Positions 28,545-37,364 of a stretch of DNA of 55,720 bases are shown here, piece by piece. Below the pieces are notes generated by a model that was not told the origin of the DNA, did no database searches, and saw only the letters and a program-made list of their open reading frames with translations. Numbering within the stretch: the stretch's first letter is position 1; the number at the start of each line of letters is the position of its first letter. Source of the stretch: a virus (taxonomy: Duplodnaviria; Caudoviricetes); IMG/VR virus record IMGVR_UViG_3300022685_000009, positions 1 through 55,720 of that record; one strand, 5' to 3'. A program made the translations under genes and the position numbers.

Positions 28545-29579
28545 TCAGTCGAAGTCGAACTCGGCCAAGGCGTTCTCCAGATCGTCGTCGAATTCAGCGG
28601 CGTCATCGGCGTCATCGGCGTCATCGTCGTCCGCATCTTCGTCTTCAGGCTCAGGCTTCTTGGCGGCCTTCTTCTTGGTCGCCTTCTTCTTGGTCGCCTT
28701 CTTCTTGGTCGCCTTCGCCTTCGGCTTCGGAGCTTCCTCCTCTTCCTGCTCTGCTTCGGCCTCCGGCTCGTCCTCTTCTTCCTCGTCCTTCGGGTCAGGC
28801 TTGGACAGGAGCTTGTCGCGGAAACCGTCGTTGGCAGGGGCTTCTTCCTCGGCGCCGGCGGTCGTGACATCGTCGGTGCTGACCAGCGTCTCCAGCTCCC
28901 CGCTCTCCAGCAGAGGCATCACGTGCTCCTCGTGGAACTCGGCGGAGGTGTAGTCCGTGGCGCGGAACAGCACCTTCGGTACCGACTCGTTGACATCAAA
29001 CTCCAACGTTGTCACCACGGCGTAAGGCATGACTTTGTTCTGGTCGAGACGTTGGGCATAGTCTCGTAGGGAGAACAGCCCCTTGTCGGGGTAGCTTTTG
29101 CCGAACATACTCATAGCCTTCATGTCGGCGACCAGCGGGCCCAGCTCAGGCTGATCCACTAGCAGCAGCACAGTGCGCTTGTAGAAAGAACAGGCTCGGG
29201 TCTTGCCGCCGGTGTCGGTAACGGCGCTGCCCTTCTCGTTCATGGGGCAGACGTTACACGCCTTGGACTGCGGCTCGGCGATGGACGCCAGCGGCGTCAC
29301 GCCGTCGGCGCTGGCGCACTCGGGCCGGGAGCTGCTCTCGGGATCGTAGGCCGTGCCGTAAAAAACACGGGACACGTGCGGGTTGGCTTCAAGGATCACC
29401 ACCTTCAGCTCGGTGCCGCCCAGTACCCGCTCGTCGCCGCCCATGTTGATACGGAAACGGCTGCCTTTGAACCCAAGGCGAGGTGCGCCCGACCCACCCA
29501 TGTCGGACGCGAGGTTGGATTTGCCCGTGGCTTGGGCGTGGGCCGGGAGGTTCCCGTTGCTCTTAATCAGATCATTCAT
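28545..29579 (-). CDS. ssDNA-binding/annealing-like protein with Cys cluster and acidic tail
   Basis: C.SADG..P...C..CP.N.KGS...RAC; acidic C-terminus ending FDFD; replication module. Confidence 0.6.
   Translation of the reverse strand: MNDLIKSNGNLPAHAQATGKSNLASDMGGSGAPRLGFKGSRFRINMGGDERVLGGTELKVVILEANPHVSRVFYGTAYDPESSSRPECASADGVTPLASIAEPQSKACNVCPMNEKGSAVTDTGGKTRACSFYKRTVLLLVDQPELGPLVADMKAMSMFGKSYPDKGLFSLRDYAQRLDQNKVMPYAVVTTLEFDVNESVPKVLFRATDYTSAEFHEEHVMPLLESGELETLVSTDDVTTAGAEEEAPANDGFRDKLLSKPDPKDEEEEDEPEAEAEQEEEEAPKPKAKATKKKATKKKATKKKAAKKPEPEDEDADDDDADDADDAAEFDDDLENALAEFDFD
28666..28716 (-). repeat. 15-bp tandem repeat x3 (KKATK)
   Basis: GCCTTCTTCTTGGTC x3. Confidence 0.9.
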
Positions 29580-29593
29580 AGTCTACTACTCTC

Positions 29594-29998
29594 TTAGTCT
29601 CGGCGTACGTTAACAACTCGTTCCGTGTTCATGTCCACGCCCGGTGGCAGCTCGCCTTCCGTATCGTAGAACTCCTGCACGGCTCTACTTCCGACCCGCT
29701 TTTGCAGCAGGTCGATGTTCTGCGTTTCGAAGATGTGCTTCCAGAGGGCATCCCAGTCGGTGGCTCTCACGGTCACCTTCTTGGCGAGGTAGGCTTGACC
29801 TACACCCGCAACCTTCAGCGAGTCTGACCCCGCCTTGTTTAGCATCTTCAACAGCTCGCCTTCGACGAGGCCCATTTTCTTCCTTAGCGCCCCGTCGGCC
29901 TCGTCAAACTCGCGCTTGATCTGGCTACGTTTGTCACGCATACGAACGTATGCGGTGAGCAGACGTTCAAGGTTACTGCTTTCCTTCCGTTCTGTCAT
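29594..29998 (-). CDS. Conserved phage replication-module hypothetical protein
   Basis: ATGA overlap with helicase; N-terminal coiled coil, DWDA...LLQKRV...LPPGV. Confidence 0.75.
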   Translation of the reverse strand: MTERKESSNLERLLTAYVRMRDKRSQIKREFDEADGALRKKMGLVEGELLKMLNKAGSDSLKVAGVGQAYLAKKVTVRATDWDALWKHIFETQNIDLLQKRVGSRAVQEFYDTEGELPPGVDMNTERVVNVRRD

Positions 29999-31608
29999 TT
30001 GCTTGCTCCGATGGTTTCTTCGTACAGTTTCAAAATGCCCGCTTGTTGCGCCTCTCGGTCGCGCAGTCGGCGGTACGCTTTCCACTCCAATGGCGCCGCC
30101 CCAATGTGGACGATCGTCATCTTGTGCTGCTGCCCCGGTCGCGCCATGCGCTCGTTGGCTTGCAGGTATTGCTCGGTTGAAAAGATCGGGTTGAACCAGA
30201 CAATGGTGTCAGCCACCGTGAGGTTTAGCCCGTGACTCGCTGTCTTCGGGTGGGCAATGAGCACCTTCGGGTGCGGCTTGTCCATGTAGGCGGTGAGCAC
30301 GGAGTCACGCGCCTTCCCTGTCACGCCGCCGTGAATGACGGCGTTGGTTATCCCCTCCTTGGTGAGGAACTCCTGCACCCGGTTCAGGGCGTGGCGGAAC
30401 GAGGCAAACACGATCACCTTGCGGTCGCTGCCCTCAATCGCCTCCTTCAGCACGGCCAGCCGGTTGGGCATCGAGACCTTCGCATGCTTGCCGAACTCGC
30501 CGTACACGGCGCCGCTACAAATCTGAAGCAGTTTGCTCATCTTCACGGCGGCGTTTATCGCCGTCACTTCCACCCCGTGGCCAGCCTCGTCCACTGCCTC
30601 GGCTCTGAGCATCTTCTCCATGTCCACGTACGCCCGGCTCTGGTCGCCGCTGAGCGACGCCTCCCGGTCAACATACGTCACGGGTGGGAGCGACACGCAG
30701 TCGTCCTTCTTGAACCGCACGGCGGGCTGTAGGCGGGCGCGTACCACGCTCTGCGCGTTGGTCCTCGGCGCCCATTTGAACTGGGTAACCTTCTTCTCGA
30801 CGCTGTCACGGAACCGAACGAACGACAGGGGCATGCCCTGCGGGTTGGTCTCGGCGTTGAACGGGTTGACCAGTCGGCCCAGCGTCCAGCAGTCGGACGG
30901 TGTGTTGGGCGTGGGCGTACCTGTCATCAGCCACAGGCGTGGGCGGGTCTTGTTGACCATGTCTCGCAGGGTCTTGAACCTACGGGACTTCGGGGCTTTG
31001 ACCGCTGTCGCCTCGTCGTAAATGATCAGGTCGATGTCGCCCCTCGCTATCAGCTCGTCGGCAACGATGTGCAGTCCGTCGTGGTTGATCAGGAAGAAGT
31101 CCGGCATCTCCTCGGACGCCATCTCCTTCCGCTTGTTGCGAGCACCGTGCAGCACGGAGCAGGTGCGGGCGGGCGTGACGTTGAACATCTCCCGCTCCCA
31201 CGTCACACGGATCGTAGATAGGGGGCAGACGATCAACGCCCGCTGCACGAGCTTCTCCCGCATCAGCCAGTCCGCAGCCCACAGCGCTGCTGCTGTCTTG
31301 CCGGTGCCCATGTCGTTCAGGCACAAGCTACGGGTGTGTTGGGTGAAAAACTCAGCGGTCACCAGTTGGTGATCAAACGGTTCGAACTTGCCCGGCCAGT
31401 TGTACCGGGTCTCGATACTGCTCGGCACCGCAAGGCCCATCTTGCGGGCAGCGGCGACGGTGTCACTACGATGCGGCGCCGCCAGCATCAGACGGCCTTT
31501 CTTCTCCACCACCTTGCTTGGCTTCACGGTGGTGAGGAACCGCTCCGTGTCCTCCACGTTGGGAAAGAGCATGACCGGTCTCTCCGGATGCAGCAGAACG
31601 TCACTCAT
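29995..31608 (-). CDS. SNF2-family (SF2) helicase
   Basis: DMGTGKT, IYDEAT, MTGTP, HGLNLT, QANERMARPGQ; start chosen at GGAGG-preceded ATG. Confidence 0.9.
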   Translation of the reverse strand: MSDVLLHPERPVMLFPNVEDTERFLTTVKPSKVVEKKGRLMLAAPHRSDTVAAARKMGLAVPSSIETRYNWPGKFEPFDHQLVTAEFFTQHTRSLCLNDMGTGKTAAALWAADWLMREKLVQRALIVCPLSTIRVTWEREMFNVTPARTCSVLHGARNKRKEMASEEMPDFFLINHDGLHIVADELIARGDIDLIIYDEATAVKAPKSRRFKTLRDMVNKTRPRLWLMTGTPTPNTPSDCWTLGRLVNPFNAETNPQGMPLSFVRFRDSVEKKVTQFKWAPRTNAQSVVRARLQPAVRFKKDDCVSLPPVTYVDREASLSGDQSRAYVDMEKMLRAEAVDEAGHGVEVTAINAAVKMSKLLQICSGAVYGEFGKHAKVSMPNRLAVLKEAIEGSDRKVIVFASFRHALNRVQEFLTKEGITNAVIHGGVTGKARDSVLTAYMDKPHPKVLIAHPKTASHGLNLTVADTIVWFNPIFSTEQYLQANERMARPGQQHKMTIVHIGAAPLEWKAYRRLRDREAQQAGILKLYEETIGASK

Positions 31609-32008
31609 CGTCGGCCTCCCGAATTGCGGCTTGCTTAGCCTCCCAACTTTCTCTGTGAAGGACGGAGCTACCATTGTGGAACTCATACTCGGAGTCAATC
31701 TCCCAAGCCCGTTCGTGCCACCAGTCTTGTTCGGCCTCCAGCCGCTCGGCCTTGGCTTGTAGCTTATTAACGCCGCGCTGCGCCATCACTTTCGCTTCGC
31801 GTTCATCTTTGCGAAGCTGGTTGATGCGTCGGGATTCGGCCTCCAGACGTTTGACCTTGGCTTGTAGCTGCTTGGCCTTCTCCCGAGCTTCCTGCATTTC
31901 ATCATGGAACCAAACAGTGTCGTTTGTTGGCGGGTGGCTAAGCTCTCCCCATCTATAAAGCACAGGGCTGCCGTCGACTCTTTCGATTGTCCATTTATCT
32001 TCACTCAT
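31601..32008 (-). CDS. Hypothetical coiled-coil protein flanked by direct repeats
   Basis: AAGGAGG RBS; ATGAGTGA overlaps at both ends. Confidence 0.65.
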   Translation of the reverse strand: MSEDKWTIERVDGSPVLYRWGELSHPPTNDTVWFHDEMQEAREKAKQLQAKVKRLEAESRRINQLRKDEREAKVMAQRGVNKLQAKAERLEAEQDWWHERAWEIDSEYEFHNGSSVLHRESWEAKQAAIREADDE

Positions 32009-32441
32009 CGTCGACCTCCTTGGCGATCTCTTCCTTCGCCCTGCGCACCACATCCTCGGCCTCTTCCTGCGTCAAAGACTGCATGACCTTGCGCCGTTCG
32101 AAACCCCGCTCGATCTCGCCAAGAAAGAAGTCGAAGCCTTCAATAGACTTCGGCTCAGGGTACAGCGGAGCGATAGCGAGGCCGCCCGCCTTTGTCACCT
32201 TGTCGGCGAACAGGTCTTGCAGCGCCGTGAGTTTGTTGCCCAGCATCTTTAACTCAGCGCTCAGGTACAGTCCGTAATGGCACAGGATCAGGTCATGCAC
32301 ACCGTTAGTCCCCCGTCCCGTGTTGGTAATATTCGATACCAACGTGTTGGGGTAGTGCTTCTTCACCTGCTTCTGAACCCACCGGCTGAACGCAGCCTCG
32401 TTGGCAAACGTTTGCCCTTCTTTAAGTACGATCTTGCTCAT
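32001..32441 (-). CDS. VRR-NUC-like nuclease
   Basis: E....GVHDL...ELK.....T.LQ PD-(D/E)XK pattern. Confidence 0.7.
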   Translation of the reverse strand: MSKIVLKEGQTFANEAAFSRWVQKQVKKHYPNTLVSNITNTGRGTNGVHDLILCHYGLYLSAELKMLGNKLTALQDLFADKVTKAGGLAIAPLYPEPKSIEGFDFFLGEIERGFERRKVMQSLTQEEAEDVVRRAKEEIAKEVDDE

Positions 32442-32698
32442 CGGCCACCTCCTTGCAGATCAAGCTCTAGTTGTTCCGGTGCCGACTCGTCGGCAGGGGG
32501 CGGAGGTAGCGGTTCGCCGTTGCTCGTGTCGATACTAAAGCTCGTCACTTTCAGCTCTTCCATCCTGATCTTCGCGGTACCAAACATAAGCGTCTGATCG
32601 TGGTTCCACACCTCGTAGACGTACTCGCCACCCCGGTTCACGAAGCGGAAGTCCAGCTTCAGGTCGAGCACATGGTCGTTCGATATTCCTCGTCTCAT
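32438..32698 (-). CDS. Hypothetical protein
   Basis: GGAG RBS; ATGA overlaps both sides. Confidence 0.6.
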   Translation of the reverse strand: MRRGISNDHVLDLKLDFRFVNRGGEYVYEVWNHDQTLMFGTAKIRMEELKVTSFSIDTSNGEPLPPPPADESAPEQLELDLQGGGR

Positions 32699-33381
32699 CG
32701 TTGTCTCCAATGTTTGCAGTCCCTCACCGGGCACCACCCACACAGACCGCTAGGTCGTGCGGGCCAGTCCCCGATGTTGACGGCGTCGGTCAAGTCCCGA
32801 ACCACGGGCAGAATCTGACGCCAGATGTGTTTCTCACGATCTCGTGAGAATGTGACAGAGCTTATGTCGCACCCCTCTTTAAGCCACACGAACCCAGACT
32901 TCACGGTCTTGATCGTGGGGTAGTGCCGGAAGACGAAGGCGGCTTGTATCGCAAGCTGCCGGTCGTCGTCCTTCTTCTTGCCTGTCTTCCAGTCCCAAGC
33001 GACAGCGTTCCCTGTCTCCTCGTTGATGATGAGCAGGTCGAGGATGCAGCGGCCCCATGTCTGTGCGCCAAACCAATTGCACGGCTTAAGCTTCTGATCC
33101 ACGGCCAGCTGCTGTTCGCAGAGAATGTCGCCGGCCATCCGGTCGGCCACCTTGCTGGCCATGACGGCTGCCTTCTCGTACTGCGTCATGTTTGACGGCA
33201 GCTCGGCGCCGACGCCCAGCCTACGCTCCAGCGCTTTGTGCACTTGCTTGCCCCAGCGCATGGCCTCGCTCTCTTCGAACGGCACGTCCTTCGCCACGTT
33301 CAGGTGGAAGAACTTCTTCGGGCACTGAAGGAACGTAGTGTTACGGCTGTGGCTCCATGCAATTACAGGTTGGTTACTCAC
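32695..33381 (-). CDS. Cas4-like PD-(D/E)XK exonuclease
   Basis: WSHS...CP, G..VH..LE, LDL...DWKTGK, QL, CGWCP...C. Confidence 0.85.
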   Translation of the reverse strand: MSNQPVIAWSHSRNTTFLQCPKKFFHLNVAKDVPFEESEAMRWGKQVHKALERRLGVGAELPSNMTQYEKAAVMASKVADRMAGDILCEQQLAVDQKLKPCNWFGAQTWGRCILDLLIINEETGNAVAWDWKTGKKKDDDRQLAIQAAFVFRHYPTIKTVKSGFVWLKEGCDISSVTFSRDREKHIWRQILPVVRDLTDAVNIGDWPARPSGLCGWCPVRDCKHWRQR

Positions 33382-33728
33382 TCTTCATCTCCAAAGTCAG
33401 GGCGGCTCGGCTGGGTAGGGACAAAGATGATGTCCTTGTCCCGCACGTGCCGGTCGCCCTCGATTGTCAACATGTGGCGAACGACCACCTCGCTTTCCAA
33501 CTCGATGCGAGCGATCAGGTTGCGATCTCGTAGTCGTTTCAGCACCTGATACATGTAGTCCCGACTCGTTACCTTGCCGGTCACGCGATACAGGTAGACC
33601 AGAAGCTCGTCGATCGTGGCTGGGCCACGCTCGTTCATGTATGCCATCGTCAGGTCGTGCGTGTTGTGCTCCGTTCGACCCACCAGTTGTTCCGCCAGCT
33701 CGGGCGGTAAATCATTTGCAGTCGGCAT
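33378..33728 (-). CDS. Winged-helix-like DNA-binding protein
   Basis: GGAG RBS; ATIDELLV.LYR..G...R.Y.YQ.L.RL. Confidence 0.55.
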   Translation of the reverse strand: MPTANDLPPELAEQLVGRTEHNTHDLTMAYMNERGPATIDELLVYLYRVTGKVTSRDYMYQVLKRLRDRNLIARIELESEVVVRHMLTIEGDRHVRDKDIIFVPTQPSRPDFGDEE

Positions 33729-35094
33729 AACTCTCTCCTGCGTGTGCCTCCCCAAAGACCGGCAAGTCCGGCCACCACTCCGGCGACCTACCGAAGATTT
33801 CTTCTGCCCGATCCAACACCGGCTGTTTGTCCACGTGGTCGGGCACCACGCAGACGCTCTCATCGTGGATGGACATGACCGTGCGACACGCCGGGTCGAA
33901 CTCAGCGGTCAGCGCCGTGTCCAGCTCCACCTGTTGTTCAAACACCACGTTGCGGGCGACCGCTTGGCAGATATTCTCAAATGCCTTGGCGCCCCAGATA
34001 CGCACGTCCTCCTTCGCGGAGCCTCGGCCACCAGCCCAGCGGGTGTAGCTCAGCTCACCGTCCTGTCGCCGTAGCTCGGGGTAGGTGATGGACAGCCCCG
34101 TCCTTGGCATCGTGAAGCCCGCGACGCCCTTCTCTACCGACGGGTTGGCATAGACGATCTCGTCCATCCACCAGCCCTCGGCTTCGCCACGCCTCAGCTT
34201 GTTCAAGATGTAGTCGATCTGCTTCCAGACCCGAACGATCTTGGGGAAGGTGCTACGGTAGAGCGCCACGATCCGCATGGCTTCCTCCGCTTCGATCTCC
34301 ACGCCCCAGTTAAACGATGCGTTCATGAACCCCTGCCAGCCGGTGCCGTACTGGAGCGAGAGCATGGCAATCTTGCCTATCAGTCGCTCAGATTCCGTGA
34401 CCTCGTCCTCGGTCTTTCCGTACAGGTGGGCAGCGAACAACCGGTATAGGTCGAAGTCAGGGTCGTGCATGCGCTCGACCACCTCCCACTCCCCGGCGAT
34501 GCACATGGCGATGCGCAGTTCGATGTTGCTGCTGTCCACGGCGAACATCCAGAAGTTATCCGGTGCGATCACCGCCTTCCTCAGCGGCGACTTGCGCCCC
34601 AGATTCTGCGGGTTGCCGCCGCCACCCATCCCGCCGCTCAACCGGTGGGTAGTCTTCGCTCCCGACAGGTTGAGATCGACGGGCCACGTGCCTCGGTTGG
34701 CCACGTCCAGATAAGACTGCGCCCTCGTTTCGTTGATGCTGGACTTCACTCGCAACCGGGCGGCAACCAGCTTGGCTACCTCCTCGTTCTCGTGTTCTTG
34801 CAGCGCCACGAAATCCCGGTCGGTCTTGCTGAAAGCGTACGTCTCCTTGCCCGTGGTAGGAGACACCTTCGTCGGTGGCTCCACACCCAGCCCTTTCAGC
34901 AGGGTGGCAAGTTGCGCGTTGCTGTTCAGCGCCTTCTTGTTGGCAGCGACGCAGCTCTCAATGGCTGCTTGCTTCTCGCTCTCTTCGATGGCGATCAGCT
35001 CACCTAGCGGGTTGGGGTCCAGCTCCAGCACGGGGTCGGTGAACATGCGGGTCACGATGTCCACGGTTCTCAGGTTGAAATCCAGACTGTTCAT
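33712..35094 (-). CDS. polA: Family A DNA polymerase, polymerase domain (split gene)
   Basis: Motif A DSSNIELR, motif B RLIGKIAMLSLQYG, motif C IHDE; own GGAGG RBS. Confidence 0.9.
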   Translation of the reverse strand: MNSLDFNLRTVDIVTRMFTDPVLELDPNPLGELIAIEESEKQAAIESCVAANKKALNSNAQLATLLKGLGVEPPTKVSPTTGKETYAFSKTDRDFVALQEHENEEVAKLVAARLRVKSSINETRAQSYLDVANRGTWPVDLNLSGAKTTHRLSGGMGGGGNPQNLGRKSPLRKAVIAPDNFWMFAVDSSNIELRIAMCIAGEWEVVERMHDPDFDLYRLFAAHLYGKTEDEVTESERLIGKIAMLSLQYGTGWQGFMNASFNWGVEIEAEEAMRIVALYRSTFPKIVRVWKQIDYILNKLRRGEAEGWWMDEIVYANPSVEKGVAGFTMPRTGLSITYPELRRQDGELSYTRWAGGRGSAKEDVRIWGAKAFENICQAVARNVVFEQQVELDTALTAEFDPACRTVMSIHDESVCVVPDHVDKQPVLDRAEEIFGRSPEWWPDLPVFGEAHAGESYADCK

Positions 35095-35651
35095 GCCGCA
35101 GCCCTCCGTTGCATGCTCGTGTAGAAGATGTTGTAGAGCATATGCGTCTTGTCGCAGTCGCCGATGCAGTACACGCCCAGCTCGTGCGCCTCCTCTTTGG
35201 ACAGCCTACGCTTGCCCTCAACACTAAACAGGGCCGTTTGGTCTTTGATCTCGCCCGGCAGCAGCAGCTCGGTCAACGCTTTCAGCGAAGCGGAACGCAA
35301 GCTGTTCCCGTACAACATGTAGGCAAGGGAGCGGGTGCAGACCCAGCCCATCGGTCTTGTGTTGTAGTGGTGCGACAGCACCAGCCCGTCGAACTTGGCG
35401 TTGTGCGCCAGCATGACATGACCGGAGAAGTCCACCTTGTCGAAGAACGCTTTCACGTTCTTGGCTCCGTAAATCCACCTCGTCTGGTTGAACCCTTTCT
35501 TCACACCAACCCCGTGCGTCAGCCAGCGCGGGTGCCGTATGTACTCCTCGGTGTTCTGGTGGCTGAAACCCACCTTCTCCTTCTTGGAGAAGAAAGTTTC
35601 GAAGTCCACCGTTATCACCTTGTCGGGATGGAACATCTGCATGTCGCTCAT
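35091..35651 (-). CDS. 3'-5' exonuclease domain of family A DNA polymerase (split gene)
   Basis: ExoI DFET, ExoII HNAKFD, ExoIII YCIGD. Confidence 0.85.
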   Translation of the reverse strand: MSDMQMFHPDKVITVDFETFFSKKEKVGFSHQNTEEYIRHPRWLTHGVGVKKGFNQTRWIYGAKNVKAFFDKVDFSGHVMLAHNAKFDGLVLSHHYNTRPMGWVCTRSLAYMLYGNSLRSASLKALTELLLPGEIKDQTALFSVEGKRRLSKEEAHELGVYCIGDCDKTHMLYNIFYTSMQRRAAA

Positions 35652-35980
35652 TGAAGCGTCTCCTCGCGGCGGCGAATGGCGGACTGCGTTTCGACAATCA
35701 AGTCTTCTAACCGCGCCTCGTTGAAGTGGTGCAGTACGTTCGCGCAGACTTGCTCGACAGGCGGGTGCTCAGTTGAGCCCGTTCCCAACGTGAAGGCAGC
35801 ACTCGCCACCGTTGCCTTCTTGTCGGCAGGGGTCTTGCAGTCTACCCAGTCTTCAGGCTTGTCTGGCCGGACAAAAGCAACCACGCTAAAAGCGTAGTGT
35901 CCGTTGGGGTCAAGCACCCCCGACTTGTCGTTTGCGGTTAGGTAATCCATCAACCGGATAAGAACCTCTTCTTCGCTCAT
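35648..35980 (-). CDS. Hypothetical protein
   Basis: ATGA overlaps on both sides. Confidence 0.65.
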   Translation of the reverse strand: MSEEEVLIRLMDYLTANDKSGVLDPNGHYAFSVVAFVRPDKPEDWVDCKTPADKKATVASAAFTLGTGSTEHPPVEQVCANVLHHFNEARLEDLIVETQSAIRRREETLQ

Positions 35981-36222
35981 GACTTACTTCCTCTTTTGTA
36001 GCCGGCCTTGAAGCCTCTGTCGTAACCATCGTGGTAGCTGTCTTCCCCCAAGCGGGGCAGCGGAGCCAGCGGCGGGAACGGGGCGACGCAAAAGTCAGGG
36101 TCTCGACCAGCACCGGTGCACCAGCCTCGGTCCCACCCGTCTTCCCACCCGCTGGCGAATGTGGACGCCAGTGCGGTAGCGGCAACCAACACGGCGACAA
36201 GGAAAATTGATAGGCGTTTCAT
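35977..36222 (-). CDS. Small exported protein
   Basis: Signal peptide MKRLSIFLVAVLVAATALA; AAGGAGG RBS. Confidence 0.65.
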   Translation of the reverse strand: MKRLSIFLVAVLVAATALASTFASGWEDGWDRGWCTGAGRDPDFCVAPFPPLAPLPRLGEDSYHDGYDRGFKAGYKRGSKS

Positions 36223-36425
36223 CGGTCGCGTACCTCCTTCAGGTAGCTTATAAACTCGTCTACCTCAGCCGTGGGGATAACGACGCGTTGCCCCCCTTGC
36301 GTAAGGACAAGACTGTCGCAAACCTCGTCAGACGCAGGCTGCCACTCAATCTCTACGTCGTCGAAAAAGCAGTCTTTGGCGCAAGCGCTACGGTCAAACC
36401 GCACAGTTAAATTTTTCAGGTACAT
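36219..36425 (-). CDS. Hypothetical protein
   Basis: AAGGGG RBS; ATGA overlap. Confidence 0.6.
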   Translation of the reverse strand: MYLKNLTVRFDRSACAKDCFFDDVEIEWQPASDEVCDSLVLTQGGQRVVIPTAEVDEFISYLKEVRDR

Positions 36426-36436
36426 AGTCGTCCCCT

Positions 36437-36925
36437 TTACTCGGATTCAGATTCAGGTTTGTAGTGGTCAGGGAACCACGGCCACTCCGCTTTCGCGGCG
36501 TCGCTTACCACCACGTCGCCAATAAACTCCGTCCGCTTGTACGGGACGTTGCAGTACGGCGCTTCGTGTGAGCGTATTCGCGATGCGGTGCTCTTGCTCA
36601 GGCCGGTACGATCCGCCGCGCTGACTCCGTTAACGCCTATCATCAACAGGTCGCGGACTTGGTTAATACGTAGCGGCGTGGCTGACTGGTACTTTTTTCG
36701 TCCGGTGATTGTCCGGCCCGCTCTCGGGTTTTCGTCGTGGGCGACCTTGAGCATGTGCTCCAGCAGCTTCTTGATCCCTAACAACGGGGGGCGATGGGAC
36801 GGGGCCAAAGCCTGCGGGTCTCTCAGCACTTGGGTGAGGGCGTTAACCTGCTTAGCAAGCAGGGCTACATCCAACTCACTGATCGTGACAGATGCAAGAT
36901 CAACATCTGGGGAATTAATAGCCAT
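36437..36925 (-). CDS. HTH-containing protein
   Basis: AADRTGLSKSTASRIRS; AGGAG RBS; directly under a promoter. Confidence 0.65.
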   Translation of the reverse strand: MAINSPDVDLASVTISELDVALLAKQVNALTQVLRDPQALAPSHRPPLLGIKKLLEHMLKVAHDENPRAGRTITGRKKYQSATPLRINQVRDLLMIGVNGVSAADRTGLSKSTASRIRSHEAPYCNVPYKRTEFIGDVVVSDAAKAEWPWFPDHYKPESESE

Positions 36926-36955
36926 TGTTCAGTCTCCTGTAGTCTCGGTGCCTGT

Positions 36956-36984
36956 ATAATACAGGGTGTAAAGTTAAATATCAA
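36956..36984 (-). promoter_or_regulatory. Sigma70-like promoter
   Basis: TTGATA-17 nt-TATTAT on - strand; palindrome CCTGTATAATACAGG covers the -10. Confidence 0.65.
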
Positions 36985-37364
36985 GCGGCTTTTACCGCCT
37001 TCGCTTGCCAGTTAGTCCAGACTTCCTTCCATTCCTCCTCGGCATGATGGAGTTTGATCCCTGCCACCGGGTCGACACCGATGTCAACGCATGAATCCCA
37101 GATCGCTGACAGCACGGTGGCAGGGTCGGAATGGAACCACTCCAGTCGTACTCGCTTGTCGCGCAGGGTGTAGTGCACGCGCCGCTCCAGTTTGCACAGC
37201 AAGTGCGGGTCGAACACCTGCATGTCGAACAGCACGGTGTGTTTGAACGGTGAGCCGGTGTCCCAGTCTCCGATGCGTTTGTAAACGCTACGGCTGGTCA
37301 TGCCCACCTTCAGGTATCGGCCCATGTTGGGCCCGTCCAATCCGACTACGTATAGGTTGCTCAT
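36981..37364 (-). CDS. GIY-YIG / T5orf172-like protein
   Basis: LYVV...LKVGMT...KR...TGSP...LERRVH......EWF. Confidence 0.75.
   Translation of the reverse strand: MSNLYVVGLDGPNMGRYLKVGMTSRSVYKRIGDWDTGSPFKHTVLFDMQVFDPHLLCKLERRVHYTLRDKRVRLEWFHSDPATVLSAIWDSCVDIGVDPVAGIKLHHAEEEWKEVWTNWQAKAVKAA

Noticed and set aside
36952-36964. LexA SOS box
   Set aside because: CTGT-N5-ACAG; the canonical box needs N8
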